A DNA stretch of 64,000 nucleotides. It comes from the human T2T-CHM13v2.0 reference genome, Homo sapiens. The stretch lies in the NCBI RefSeq assembly GCF_009914755.1, contig NC_060928.1. One strand, written 5' to 3'. Numbering within the stretch: the stretch's first letter is position 1; every line of letters starts with the position of its first letter. Below the pieces are notes generated by a model that ran no database searches, was not told the origin of the DNA, and saw only the letters and a list, made by a program, of their open reading frames with translations. This document shows positions 16,770-30,770 of the stretch, piece by piece. The translations under genes and the position numbers were made by a program.

Positions 16770-18607
16770 CATGGCACAGTAGCTAAAGGAAGTGTTAGAT
16801 ATGCTAATCAGCTTGATTTTGGTAACCATTTCACAATGTATATATAAATATAAAAACACCATATTGTATACCTTGAATATATATAACTTTTAATTGTCAA
16901 TTTTTTCAATGAAGTTGGGGGAAAAAAGATGTAGCTCCTTCATTGTTTTTTTCCCCTCCTTAAATTCTCTTTTCACTTTCCTCAGGTGACAGTCTGGGTC
17001 ATTTGAAAGAAATACTTTTCCATTTGAGGTCAATAAAATATTTTTGCACCTTTTCTTTCCTGGTTCTGCTCTGCTTCTCTAAGCAGTAAACTTCACAGTG
17101 ATAGACACTCTGGGTGAGCTCACAGCTTTTTGAGGGGTATATTCAATTCAGGAAACTGGTAGGATTTCCTGGATTTGGGGCAGGAGACCTGGAGAAGTAG
17201 ATGGGAGGAAATCAGGGAGCAAAGTAGCCCGGGGCATTGGCCCGGACTGAGTGCTGAACCAGGGGTTTTACTGGAGTGCATTTCTCTGCAGTGCAACTTT
17301 GTATCTGCAGTGCTGAGATTGGCTTCTTGTAAGCAGAAGCCTGGGTGCATGGTTTTCATTCCGAAGCTATGTAAGATTTTGATCTTGGCAAGTGACTGCA
17401 GTTTATGACAGCTTTGTCCACAGGAAAGTGTCTGTTTTACAGAGAGAACTGCAGAAACCAGACCTTCATGGAACAAAGCCTTTGTGAGGTTTTAGTTTTA
17501 AATTACCAGAGCCAGGTTTAGGTAAGCAGTGCCAGATTAGCTGTAACAAAATGTATTCTGCACGTAGGGTCACGGAGGGGGCTGTGAAGAAGAAAGCATC
17601 AGCTTCGTGTGGCTACACAGTGGCTCTAGAGTCAGGCATTGTTGTGTGCTCTCAAATTAAAGATAGACAATGGATTGCATGTGAGGGAGTAATCATCCCA
17701 AAGACAGCTTGCTTAGGCTTCAGCAATAGCACCATGAGGCAGTGCAAATAGCTTATATGGCACAGGTCTGAAAAATACTGTAAGAAGAATGTGGATGCTG
17801 ATACCATTGGGGTGCCAGAAACATTGGACTCGGAGGGAAACTGAAATTAAGCAATTTTTAATGCAATGCATGTGAAAGAAAGGCCCCTCAAATAAGAACA
17901 GGTGACTGTACTTCCTCCTTTGTAAATTTCTAAACTTTTCAAGATGGCAGCAATGGCCTCCTTTGCTCTGAGAGGGAAGGCAGTAAGCATATGTAGATTT
18001 TAACCTAGGGAGATGATCAGGATAGACTGCCAGAATTTTCCTCTTGCTCAGAGAGTCCTCCATGTAAAGTTAAAGTTCACAGATCATGGATTCTGGGCAG
18101 CTGATGTAGAATGACTGGCCTTCTGGAATAACTAAAACTGAGATTTTCTTCATATACCTTCCTTTATGCAGGTCCCACAGAGTGGGCTTGGCTTTAATGC
18201 TTGCCTAGAGTAAGCCTGGGATTCTGCTATGGTGTTCATCAATGAAATATCATGGGTTCTGGGAATATGATTTTTTATTTGGATAATTGTTTTTGAGTCT
18301 GAGGATTATCTCATTTTCTAAATGTTATAGGTGTGAGGTGATAGCTATGATACTTATGAAGAATCATGTGAATCCCAGTAACTCTGGATTCCTTACAAGT
18401 GAGCCTCAGGAGAGCCTTAGCACAGAACTAATACTATGACTTCTGAAGCCCTGAAAGAAGAGCATTCTTTCCAGTGGGAGGCTTCCTAGCATATATTTAC
18501 TGAGGAAATGACAGCTTCACTGAGAACTCCTCTGGCTGAAACGGGGCAGAATGAAATTTTGGTAGAGATACCTTTTGAATTTTAGTTTTCTTAAACTTTT
18601 AACTTGT

Positions 18608-18793
18608 GAAGGAAGAAGAGAAAGAAGAAGAGAAAGAGGAATAGGAGGAAGAGGAGGAAGAGGAAGAGGAGGAAGAGGAAGAGGAGGAAGAGAAAGAGGA
18701 GGAAGAGGAAGAGGAGGAAGAGAAAGAGGAGGAAGAGGAGGAAGAAGAAGAGGAAGAAGAAGAAGAGGAAGAAGAAGAAGAGGAAGAAGAAGA
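18608..18793. repeat. Homopurine (GAA/GGA)n compound repeat
   Basis: About 185 bp of almost pure A/G made of gaggaa, gaggaggaa and gaagaa units. Confidence 0.97.
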
Positions 18794-18956
18794 ATTATTA
18801 TTATTTCAGCCGGTTTTTTTTTTACTTTGCACTTTCTGTAGGCCCTAACAACTAATTTCATTTTTTGACTTAAATTTTTCCTCCATGTTGATTGAGCAGA
18901 TTTATATTCAAATCAGAGGCATGTTCATTTTACTGTTGTCATTTGCTATATTGCAG

Positions 18957-19066
18957 AAGGTGACTAATTTGTCCCAGTTTACCTGGGACTGCCCTGGTTT
19001 TAAAATGGAAAGCCCCACATTTCAGAAACTGTCAGTCCCAGGCAAACTGAAACGATTGGTTACCCT
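18957..19066. mobile_element. MER81 (hAT-Blackjack MITE)
   Basis: Imperfect palindrome aggtgactaatttgtcccagtttacctgggact ... agtcccaggcaaactgaaacgattggttaccct. Confidence 0.85.
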
Positions 19067-19620
19067 TTCTGAAAGGTTATGCTGGAAAATGTGGCTGTAC
19101 ATACTTTGGACATAAAAGAGGGAATGACCTTTTGGTTTGGGAAACAGATTGGATTTGAAGTGAATTTACTGGACATACTGTTCTGACCCATTCCAGAGTC
19201 CTGTTTGGGCAAAATGCGGATTTTTTTTCTTTTTTAAATGAAACACGTCTGGAGAATATATGAATCAGTATGGTGTCAGGAAATCCACTTGCTGGGGGTG
19301 GGTGGGGGCAGTCTTAATGGGCAGCTATTTCCATCCCATGTGCGAGAAAGCCTTGCTTCAGATTGGCCATCAGCTTAATGGTGAAGCCAAAAGGATTAAG
19401 AGAACCAAAAGCTGGATCATGTTTAAATGACACTTCTTTTCCAATTTTGTCGTTCTCTTTCACAAAGAAAGAACTGTTTGCATGGCCTTTCTCCCTGCAC
19501 TCACTAACTTCTCTCTCACCCTAGATAGAAGCATTTGGAAGGAAAAAGTGCCCATAGCCATCCTGGCCCTTTACCTGCATGTCTGGTTAGGGTCACGGCT
19601 GCTAGCTTAAAGAAAATGTC

Positions 19621-19808
19621 CAGTGCTTCTCAAAAAGTGCTCTGCTGAAGGCAGCATTAGCACTACCAATCTTGATAAAAATCCACATCTGGGGGCCCCA
19701 CCAAAAGTCTACTGAGCCAGAATATTGGTGTAATGCCAGAATACTGGGCAGTGTAATGATTTGCGAATGTTTAAGGTGATTCTTATGCAGGCTAGGTCTA
19801 AGATACTG
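19621..19808. mobile_element. MER5-type hAT-Charlie MITE
   Basis: cagtgcttctcaaa ... aggtgattcttatgca ... atactgctctag. Confidence 0.75.
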
Positions 19809-19994
19809 CTCTAGGTTGTGGAAGAGCTACTGTGTGTACCTGGGAAGTTGCAATGTTCCAGGCTTGCTGGTGACTAATGGGATAAATCAAATTCTGGGAC
19901 TAATGGGATAAATCTAATTCTCATTAGTATTAGGAAGTCCTCTTCCCTGATAACAATTTTTTACCCTTTTTTATGGAATGTAGCTAAGTTAGCA

Positions 19995-20620
19995 GAAAGT
20001 GACCTTTTTCAGGCCTTGCTTTTATAATATTTTGGGTGGAAGCAGAGTGACATTTAGTCTAGGGCTAATGATTTCCTGCAACTGAGGCAAGACTCTTTTG
20101 AGTTCTCTCCTGAAAACCCTATGAATTATGAAGTTTCCATTCGGGCTGATGAGAATAGGCTCTGCCTCCAGCCCCAGGTATGGTTCCTTCTAATTCCATT
20201 GGATGATCTTTCCCTGGATTTAGAGAGCTTCCTCACACAAACAGGATGTTACTTACTGAGCTGAATATGAAAGGCAATGCTTTGCAGAACTTGGGAGTTC
20301 TATCTGTGTAGCATTCTCCTTTCTGGTATTATGCCCTGAAATGCCAGCTGCCTTGGCCTCTGGGACTCCCAGCTCTGTGTTCTCAATCTGAAGAATGCTG
20401 GGCTCAACCGGGGCTACCCTTCCTTTTACCCTGGACTGGACACTCTCAGGACAGTAAGCTGGAGAAATTAGTGTTAATTTGTTGCCAACTCTTAGAGATT
20501 TAGTGCCTGATGTCCAATGATGTGAAAACCACTATTTCATATATTTTGCCTTTTATACTTGTGTCAGGCAGAAAGTTAAATTTGTTCTCTGTTACTCTAT
20601 CTTGAGCTGACATGGAAGAA
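19995..20620 (-). mobile_element. L1M 5'UTR fragment
   Basis: tttagtctagggctaat ... caggcagaaagttaaatttgttctctgttactctatcttg..ggaag matches a reversed L1M 5' terminus. Confidence 0.7.
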
Positions 20621-20973
20621 CTCTTCTGCCATTTTAATTATAATGGCAGTGTCCCATTTTATGCAGACCCAGACTTCCATTTGTAGTTTTATTTTCCCAT
20701 ATTAAATTTGCGATAATTTCATTATATCCCTCCTCAATATCCTGCAGGGATTTTTATGTGAATTGCATTTAATTTCTAGATTTAGTAAGAATTAATATCT
20801 TTAATCTCATCTATGAACAGGATCAGGACTCACACTTAACCCAACTCTATGGAGCAGCATTCACATTGCATGTGGTAGGGGTAACACCTGTTAGGATTAG
20901 GTAAATAGAATGGCACCAAACAAACAGTACTTATCCGTATACCATGATCTTTTATATTTTAAAAAGAAATTTC

Positions 20974-21405
<432 letters not shown>

Positions 21406-21455
21406 TCACTATTAATTTTAGTAAAATGATCTTGTATTTGGCAATCTCACTTATT

Positions 21456-21740
21456 GTGACCACTTTCAAGATATAAGATGGACCCTTCACTCCAAATTTG
21501 GTTCAAATGCCTAGACTGATAGTACCATATACACAGCAAGAGAAGATGAAATCAAGGTCTCTGGGGAAAGCAAGGCAGGCTTTATGAGTAGCTCCAACAG
21601 GGACAGAGAAAGCAAGGGAAGGAGGCTGGCTAGGATTTTAATAATTGTGTTTAAGGGGTGGGATTGGGTTGAAGGTTCTCACACATGGGCAGGGGCTTGT
21701 TTGGTTTGGATCTCCCACCAGCACCCAAGGAGGGAGTACC
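21456..21740 (-). mobile_element. MER74-like ERVL LTR fragment
   Basis: cactccaaatttggttc ... tctggggaaagcaaggcaggc ... aagggaaggaggctggct. Confidence 0.65.
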
Positions 21741-22084
21741 GGGCTTTATTGTATTTCTTAATTATGCAATTAAATATTATTATAAATGAAATATATTAAT
21801 TTAGCAATTATTACAGAAATAATATCTATAAGTGGGCACAAGGGAAAGAGGCTGGGGGTTAGGCACAATGACAAGTACACTCTGTCAGGTGATGGATTTA
21901 AAAGTTAGCCTGATTTATTCACTCCACATTGTAGACATATAGCAAAATGTCACCTTGCAACCAATTATTTGACAGTTAAGAATAATACTAAAAACAGAAG
22001 TTGTCAGCACTCAAACATCAAAAATTGCAGTTAAACTGTTTATTGCATTAATTCAATCTAAAAGTTTATTTTTTGAAAAACTCA

Positions 22085-23120
22085 GGAGTGCGTGGAATTT
22101 CTTTGGCAATGACATCACTTGAAATAGGACAATTCAATCTTTTTCTAACTAAATCAAATCACATTTCTATGTTTCCTTGCCCTCAATCATTATCCAAGAT
22201 ATCCAATAATGTATTGTGCAATAACAGTGATAACTGGTGTTTCTGATTTGATCTTGACCTTAAAGAAAAATGATTAAAATTTTTTTCGTTGAATGTGGTG
22301 ATATTTCGTGATTCATTCTGCACATAGTCTACAGCAAGGTAAGAAAGTTCCCTTCTGTGTCTATTTGTTAGAATTCTTATCATAAATGGGTACTGAATTT
22401 TATCAAACACATTTCTTTTCAGTATTTAGATGGTAACATAGTTGTTCGCATTTAGTCAATTAAGCAGTGAATTGCATTGGCAAATTTTCTGCTACTAAAT
22501 CTCTTTATTTAACATAAAAATAACTAAATTAATATATTACACTTCAAATATTATTTAAGTTGCATAATTAACAACTTACTTAGGATTTTGATTTCAAATG
22601 AGATAAATTAATGTTATTTTTGTGTGTGTGTTTGTATTTTCTGTATTGTTACGAAAGCTGTACTAACCTCATGGATTGATAAAGGGAATTCTCTTTTTCC
22701 CCCTGTATTCTTTATTTCTATAAGTTAGGGATTTTTTTTGTTGTTCTCAAATGTTAGTGACCAATTACAGAACTCTTATCTGGATTTAGAGGTCATTTTG
22801 GGGTACGTGTAAGCAGTAGACATTTTTAATTTTTATTTCCATTTCCTTAATAATTATTTTGAGTTCAACTTTTCTCTTTCTTCTTTAGATTGTTGACATT
22901 TTAAAAGTCTTTTCAGACATGGCATTCTTTTTATTTGAACTTTCAAATTTAGGGGTGTGTAGTTATGTGCAATAACTTTTTAAATGTTAAAAATAACTGT
23001 TATATATGTCATTATTTATTCCATTTTCTTTTTTTCTTTTATTTATCTGTCTTGCTAGAGATTTGTTTATCTTGTTAGTTTTTTGAAAGACAAAGCCTTT
23101 TGTTTTGGCAATATTTTTTA
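22085..23120 (-). mobile_element. L1M ORF2 middle fragment
   Basis: Minus-strand translation FDKIQYPFMI (L1 RT); tcataaatgggtactgaattttatcaaa. Confidence 0.8.
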
Positions 23121-23209
23121 GCTCCATTCAAGGAATGGAGTTCATTGTGTTTCTGAGGTCAATGCACACATGAGCACTGAGCCTCACAAGTCTCCTTTGT
23201 TCGTCTGCC

Positions 23210-23730
23210 TGTCTTGCCAGGTTCCCCAGAAAACAGGGCCTGAGGAAAAGGCATCGCACTAAAATGTTATTAACATATGCAATCTCTAGGAACAGAAGTC
23301 AGAATAAAGGGGAATGAGGCAGGAAAGGAGGAAGAATCCATATCAAGGGAGGCTGACTGGTTGATCTTGTAGAATATATCTTCCAAGGCGCTGTATAATT
23401 GGTTATTTCTCAGGACATTTCATGTGGGGGAACAAAGGAAAGATCTGATCCCCCGGTTCACATTTCCCATGGGTCAAAGATTTATCCTCTGTGGTGTTAC
23501 ACCCTTCCTTGGGTTTTGCAACATTTTGTTTGGCTATGTGTTGACAGGAGTTTAGAGATGCGCATGGTGGACATGCCACGAGGAACTAGCAGGCTGTGCC
23601 TGTGTGAGGGTGGTCAGTTTGTCACACAGTCAAACTCTGCAGCAGCACCAGGGGCAGAACAAAGTGACCCAAAGCCCCCAAACTCGTAAGGCTGAGAGGA
23701 CCTGAAGAGGCACCAAAGAGGTGACTGATG
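23210..23730 (-). mobile_element. Old ERVL LTR (LTR33/LTR41-like)
   Basis: tgtcttgccaggttccccagaaaacagggcctgagg ... gaatgaggcaggaaaggagg. Confidence 0.55.
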
Positions 23731-24084
23731 CCCTCTCTGCCTTTCTCTCATTTACCTATCCATTTGTTTTTATTCTTGTGAAATCACATTCTCCCTACCT
23801 CCTTCAGTTGGTGACATACTTGATATACGCCGCTGAAAGTATGTGTCATAATGAAATTGTGTTTGTGCCTGTGTGTATGTCTATGAATTTTTAGTTTACA
23901 TAGATGACTACAAGTCTTTATCAACTTTTTACTATTTTCCATTTCTTTTTCACTTTTTCTGTTTAGGGCTATTTTGTTGTTGCTTAGTATACATCCAGTA
24001 TTAAAATTGGCTAAGCCTAATATTCTTCCATTCATTATGTTGTTTGCTGATGTTTTTGATTAATTGCTAGGTTATTTATAGTTC

Positions 24085-24535
24085 TCTGTGACAGATCATA
24101 GATTTGACTCTAGCTGATTTAAGCAGAGAAAGATTTTGTATTTAAAGAATGTATTATCTCCAAGAAAGTCAGACATCCATACTTGGATACTACATAATCA
24201 GGAAGAGATCTATAATGGGAAGTTTCTGACCTCACCCAGCACTGTTGCTGCTGCCACTCGGCACCTATGTATTTTGAGACCAGATGCTCTGAAATCTGCC
24301 TTAGCTTCCTCAGAAGAACCATATCTCCAATACCACAAGCCCATCTCTCTACCATTCTATCTCCAAGTCTCGCGTTAAGTATGTCTGATTGGCTCAAACC
24401 AGGTCTCACACAGAATCCTAGCTGTAATAAAAATACAGACAATGTAGTTTTTAGCTTTCTTACCTTGAAAGTTCAAAGAGTTCTACTAGAATGGATTTGA
24501 ATAGATGCTAAGTGAGCCAATTTACAGTATCTACC
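24085..24535 (-). mobile_element. Old MaLR LTR (MLT1N/O-like)
   Basis: gactctagctgatttaagcaga ... tctgattggctcaaaccaggtc ... cctagctgtaa. Confidence 0.55.
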
Positions 24536-25646
24536 AGGAGTACTGAAGTATCAATATAACCAAACACGTTTCTATTCCGAACTTTTTTAAAATTATAAGT
24601 ACGTAGAGAGATGCTTTTTATGCATCATGGCCTTAAAGGTTATTTAAGGCCATGTGTGTGACTGTTACTTGCTAAGGCTTTATGCAAGAAAGAATGAGTA
24701 TGCATGCACATAAGCGTAGGTTGGACCACAACCCTACTTTATCTGCTCAATGACCTTGCTCAATATGTAGTTTAGGCCCCAAGGAGAGGGAAATTATTAG
24801 ACCATCCATTTCTCTAGGTACATTATGTCATAAGTCAAGTTCACTAAAATTAAATATTTAAGCATTTAAAAATATTCTGTCATAGTAATGCCAGTCTTCA
24901 ATATGGTAAGTTATATGGAGAGGATTTCTGAAGTTGAGGTATCATTACATTTCCAGTCAACTCTACTTAATTGTTGTGCATTTATGTGTGTGTGAGTGTA
25001 TTTTCTAATTCTTTGTTTTCTTCATTCATTGGTTTCTTTTGAAATAAGTTGTTGACTACTTTCGATGGTTTGTGAACTTTTCATAAACATCATTGTAAAT
25101 GGTTAATAATGATTATTTCTATTTTTTTGCTTTTATAAAATACACTCTAATATATTTTTGTACCCAAAGTAAAACTATTGGGCGTCAAATTTTATTTTTG
25201 TAAGACTTGTACCAAGGTACTTCCACCAGCAATGTGTGAGTGTGACTGTTTTGCTGGACCCCTAGCAGGACTGAGTTTTCTTATGAAATTAGCAAAAATT
25301 CTTGCTAATTAAAAGGCAAGAATAGTTATCTAGTTTAAATTTTCATTTTTTATTAACAAGATTAAACATTTTTCTGAATATTGAAATACCAGTGTTGTCT
25401 CCTTTCTTGCTCTTAAATTTTTGTTTTTTATGAAAATCTAACATATATTCAGAGAAGTGCTCAGACTAATAAAAATCTATAAAGCTCTGCACCTGACAAC
25501 AGAATCCACATTCTCCTCAAGTGCACATGAATAATTGTCCAGGATCATGATATGTTAGGCCATAAAAAAGTTTAAAAAATGCATAAAGATTGAAAGCATA
25601 CAAAGTATGTTTTCTGACTACAGTGGAATTAAATTAGAAATCATCA

Positions 25647-26030
<384 letters not shown>

Positions 26031-26420
26031 CTAACCCAACAAAAGAAATAATAAATATTAGAATAGAAACTAATAAGATGGAGAATAGAAAAATAGTACA
26101 GAAAACCTCTCTTACACTATATACAAAAATTAACTCAAAAGTTTGTTCTTTGAAAAGGTTAACAACATCAACAAACTTTTAGGTAGACTGATCAGGCAAA
26201 AAAGGAGAGAAGACATTTATCTTGTATATAGACAATCCTAAGTATAATAATACACACACATGCACACACACACAATTATGAAATCTAAGAAATGAGTTTA
26301 GCAAGGTTGCAGAATATAAGATCAATGTAAAAAATCAATTGCATTCCTGTATGTTAGCAATGAACAAAAATAAAATTAAACACTCTTCTCTCTTTATATA
26401 TTATTAAATAGAATAAAATA

Positions 26421-26768
<348 letters not shown>

Positions 26769-27875
26769 CTAAGCATTGTTGAAGGAAATGAAAGAAGACC
26801 TAAATAAATGGAAAGTCATCCTGTGTTCATGGATTGGAAGATTTTATATTATTAACAGAGCAATAATCTTCAAATTGATCACTTGAATTCACAAATTGAT
26901 ATGGATTCAAAGCAGTCCATACCAAAATTGCAGCTGCTTTTTTTTTTTTTTTTGCAGAAATTGACAAACTGTTTCTAAAATTTATATCAGAATGTAAGGG
27001 ATCCACAATAATGAAAACAATGTTGAAAATGCAGCACAAAGTTAGAGAAATTACAGTTCTTGATTTCAAAGCTGGCTACAAAACTAAGTAAATCAAGACT
27101 GTATAGCACTGGCAGAAGCCTAAACATATGTCAATGGATAGCGTTGGGAGTTCAGAAATAAACCCATACATCTATGATCAACTGATTTTCAACACGAAGC
27201 AAGATCATTCAATAGGGAAAGAATAGCCTAACAAAAGATACTGATACAACTGGATATCCACACTGAGAGAATGAATATTGGTCCCTATCTCACACCATAT
27301 ACAAAAATTAACAAACAATTTTAATGTAAAACCTAAAGCTATAAAACTCACAGAAGAGAGCACATATGTAAATTTGTATGACCTTGGATTTAGCAGTGGC
27401 TTCTTAGATATGACACTAATAATACAAGCAACAAAACACAAAAATGGATAAACTGAACTTCATTAAAATTAAAAACTTTTGTCATTTCAAATGACATTAC
27501 CAAAAAAGTGGAAAGGCAACCCACAAATTAGAGAAAATACTTGCAAATTATATAACTGATTAAAGGTTTGCATCAGAATATGTAAAGAACTTTTAATGAC
27601 TCAATACTAAAAAACAATAACCCAATTAAAAAATGACTAATGATTTGAATAGACATTTTTTCCAAAGGGATTTACAAATGGCCAAGAAGTATGTGAAAAG
27701 ATGCTCACAATTAGTCAACAGTGAACTGCAAATAAAAGCGAATGTGAGACAACACTTCACACATACCAGGATGTCTATAATCAAAAAGACAGACAATAAA
27801 AGGTATTTGTAAGACTGTTGAGAAATTGGGATCTTCTAGTGGAAATGTAAAATGGTGCTGCCAGTTCAGAAAATA

Positions 27876-27972
27876 CAGATGGCCCTTGACTTATGATGGT
27901 TCAACTTGTAATTTTTGGATTTTACAATGGGGTTATCCAGGTGTAACTCCAACCTAAATCAAGAAGCATCTG
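27876..27972. mobile_element. MER47C-like (Tigger/mariner MITE), 97 bp
   Basis: TIRs cagatggcccttgactta / taaatcaagaagcatctg with TA on both sides. Confidence 0.85.
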
Positions 27973-28387
27973 TAGTTTGGCAATTTCTCAAAAAATTAAA
28001 CAGAGAACCAACCCAGTAATTTCACTCCTAAACATATACCTAAAAGAACTGAAAGCATAGATCCACACAAAAACTTGTACACAAATGTTTATAGAAGCAT
28101 TAATCCTAACAGCCAACAAATAGAAACAACCTAAATATCCGCCAATTGAATGAGTGAACAAAAATGTGGTCTATCCATACAATGAAAGGCCGTTCAGCCA
28201 TTAAAAGGAATGAAGTACTAATACATGCTACAACATGCTTGAGCCTTGAAAACATTATTCTAAGTGAAAGAGGTTGGACACAAAGGGCTACAGATTGCAT
28301 GATTCCATCTACCTGAAATGTTCACAATGGGCAAATCCATAGGGATAGAAAGTAGCCAGGGCCTGGGGGTAGGGAGAGAATTGACAG

Positions 28388-28880
28388 TGTATTAGTTTTC
28401 TATTTCTGCTGTAACAAATTATTATAAACTTCATGGCTTAAAAGAGCACACATTTATTATCTTACAGCTCTGGAGTTTCAAGGTCTGAGATAGGTCTGAG
28501 TAGGCTAAAGTCAACATGTCAGCAGGACCACATTCTAGGGAGATCCACTTTCTTCCCTTTACCATCTTCTAGGGGCTGCATTCCTTGGTCCGTGGCCCGC
28601 TTTGCCATCATTAGATCACCCATGACTAGTTTAGTCTTTTTCCCATTGCACCACTCTGGCACTGACTCTTCTGCTTCTCCATTTTGCATTTAATATTTGT
28701 GGTGATTACCTTGGGCCCACTTGGATAGTCCAGAACAATCCCTTACTTTAAGGTCACTGACTAGTAATCTTAATTACATCTGTTATTTTAATTCTTTAAT
28801 TCCATGTAAAGCCACATATTCACAAGTTCCAGGGATCAGGACATGGGTGTCTCTGGGAGGCTGTTATTCTGCCTATCACA
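28388..28880 (-). mobile_element. MLT1D-like MaLR solo LTR
   Basis: tgtattagttttctatttctgctgtaacaaatta ... attctgcctatcaca; L1 3'UTR resumes on the right. Confidence 0.9.
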
Positions 28881-30619
28881 GGGAGTGACTACTAATAGCT
28901 ATGCGGCTTCCTTATTAGGGGCTAAAAATACTCTAGAACAATATATTAATAGCAGTCATTATTGTACAACTTTATGAATACAATAAAACACTAAATTACT
29001 TATTTAAAAGGGTGAATTTTCTGTTATATGAAGTATCTTTCAATAAGAAGATGATATGCAAAATAAAGGCAGATCACAGAAGGTATCATTTTCTTGATAA
29101 GATCTTTCTTTTCATTAAGAACAATTTCCCTAACATGTGCTCAGGCTGCCATGTATGGCTGTTCAGACTATATATGGCACAATTCAGGAAGAACAATTAA
29201 CAGAGAATACATGTAAAGGGTAAGTCCTGCACCTGTAAAAAAGGGGTGGGTCTGCTATGGAGATACCAAAGAAATATAGTATATTTCCCTCCCTGCCTTC
29301 AAGGACTTTATATTTAAGTTGAATTGTCATGGGGTGTTGGGGATGGGATGTATATAATACACAGCCTATGTACAAAGCATTAGGGTAGGTACTGGCACTG
29401 TCTGGGTTGCTTTCCCAGATGGACATGGAATTAGGATTTAAAGTATGTATGACCAATAAATATGTAGGAAAAATTAATTTCATACAGAGAAAACAATAAG
29501 AATAAAACCATCAAGATAGACTAAAAAACTGTTATATGCCTTATATAATTTAAATATTTCATATAAAAAGTCCTGTGTTGAAAAAAGAAAATATTCCAAC
29601 TGTCTCAAGAATTGGTTATTCCCACATTCAGATATTTAAGGTAAAGAAGAAATCTAACGCACAATTTATATCCCTATTTTTGTGTAACCAAGGCTCAAGC
29701 ATGGCTGGGACACTTACTTCTTCTTAGTCGGTGTCTGATTTATTTTTTATCCCTAACATTGTGGAAGAAACTTCCCTTTCACGTTAACATTTCTTCAAAG
29801 GAGTTTAGGCACAAATGTTTTTTCTGTAACACAGGCAGAGGCGATAATATATAATATAGAGTATCTAATATATGTAGGTACTCTATTTCCTGAATGAATA
29901 GATGGATGGATGGATAGATAGATCATTGAATTCCTTCATGTGACTTCCTTCATTATATTAAGAAGTAAGAAAAATATAATGAATATATTATAGGGCAACC
30001 TCTAGCAGTGTTGGAAAAAGTGCTAATTGTTAGAAAACCCCATAGATTGAAAAACAAGTATACAGAATTTCTTGAAAATGATAGAATTAATTCCATTGAG
30101 AATCACTTAGTAGCTCTTATTTGCCACTTATTGGTAAATATTGTGCGATCGCGTTATAATTTTCAATGTTGCAGCAGTCATCACTGAAACACTGAATGGC
30201 CCTAATTATACAGGGAGAAATAAGACATGATGCATTAATATATTAGTGAGGAACAGTAAAAATTCTTAATGGTTTTGAGATAGAGCCTTGAATGTTGATA
30301 TATATATCCCTGGTTACCTCTGCCATCCTCTGGTTCTGGTCCACAGCTCTGTGATTCTCTGATATGGTGGATCCCTCATTCCAGGAAGGCTGTTAAGATC
30401 CTGCCTCATCCAATCACACCACTGTGCATTCTTGATCTCATCCTTGTCATCTAGGTCTTTTGGTTTGCGGCTTCATGGTAAATCAAAAGGAAAGTAACTT
30501 TAGACAAATCCAAGTTATTATTTCTAGCAGTCTTTGAACCTGGATAAGCCTGTGAAGTTGGACTAGCTCAAAAATTTCTCCACATGTATGCCATTTGCTC
30601 CTCAGAACAAGTCAGGCAT

Positions 30620-30770
30620 GTGTAGTTAGACTCATTGGGTAGCTCAATAGATTGACACCGAGTTGTTACTGACTTGCCCAAGGTTACACAGCTAATAAGC
30701 AGGAGAGCCACATCCAGGATTCAGGGCTTCTGCCACATAAATTGATGTTCTCTCAATGACTCCAGGCTGC
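30620..30770 (-). mobile_element. MIR fragment
   Basis: tgacttgcccaaggttacacagctaataag. Confidence 0.8.

Noticed and set aside
16945-17040. Strong acceptor (ctttcctcag|G) followed by AATAAA as a terminal exon
   Set aside because: Isolated signals with no partner donor; common by chance in AT-rich DNA.
18517-18861. RGG-rich and Pro/Leu-rich ORFs
   Set aside because: They are translations of a purine simple repeat.
29150-29240. Possible MER91-like fragment
   Set aside because: Too short and diverged to call by eye.
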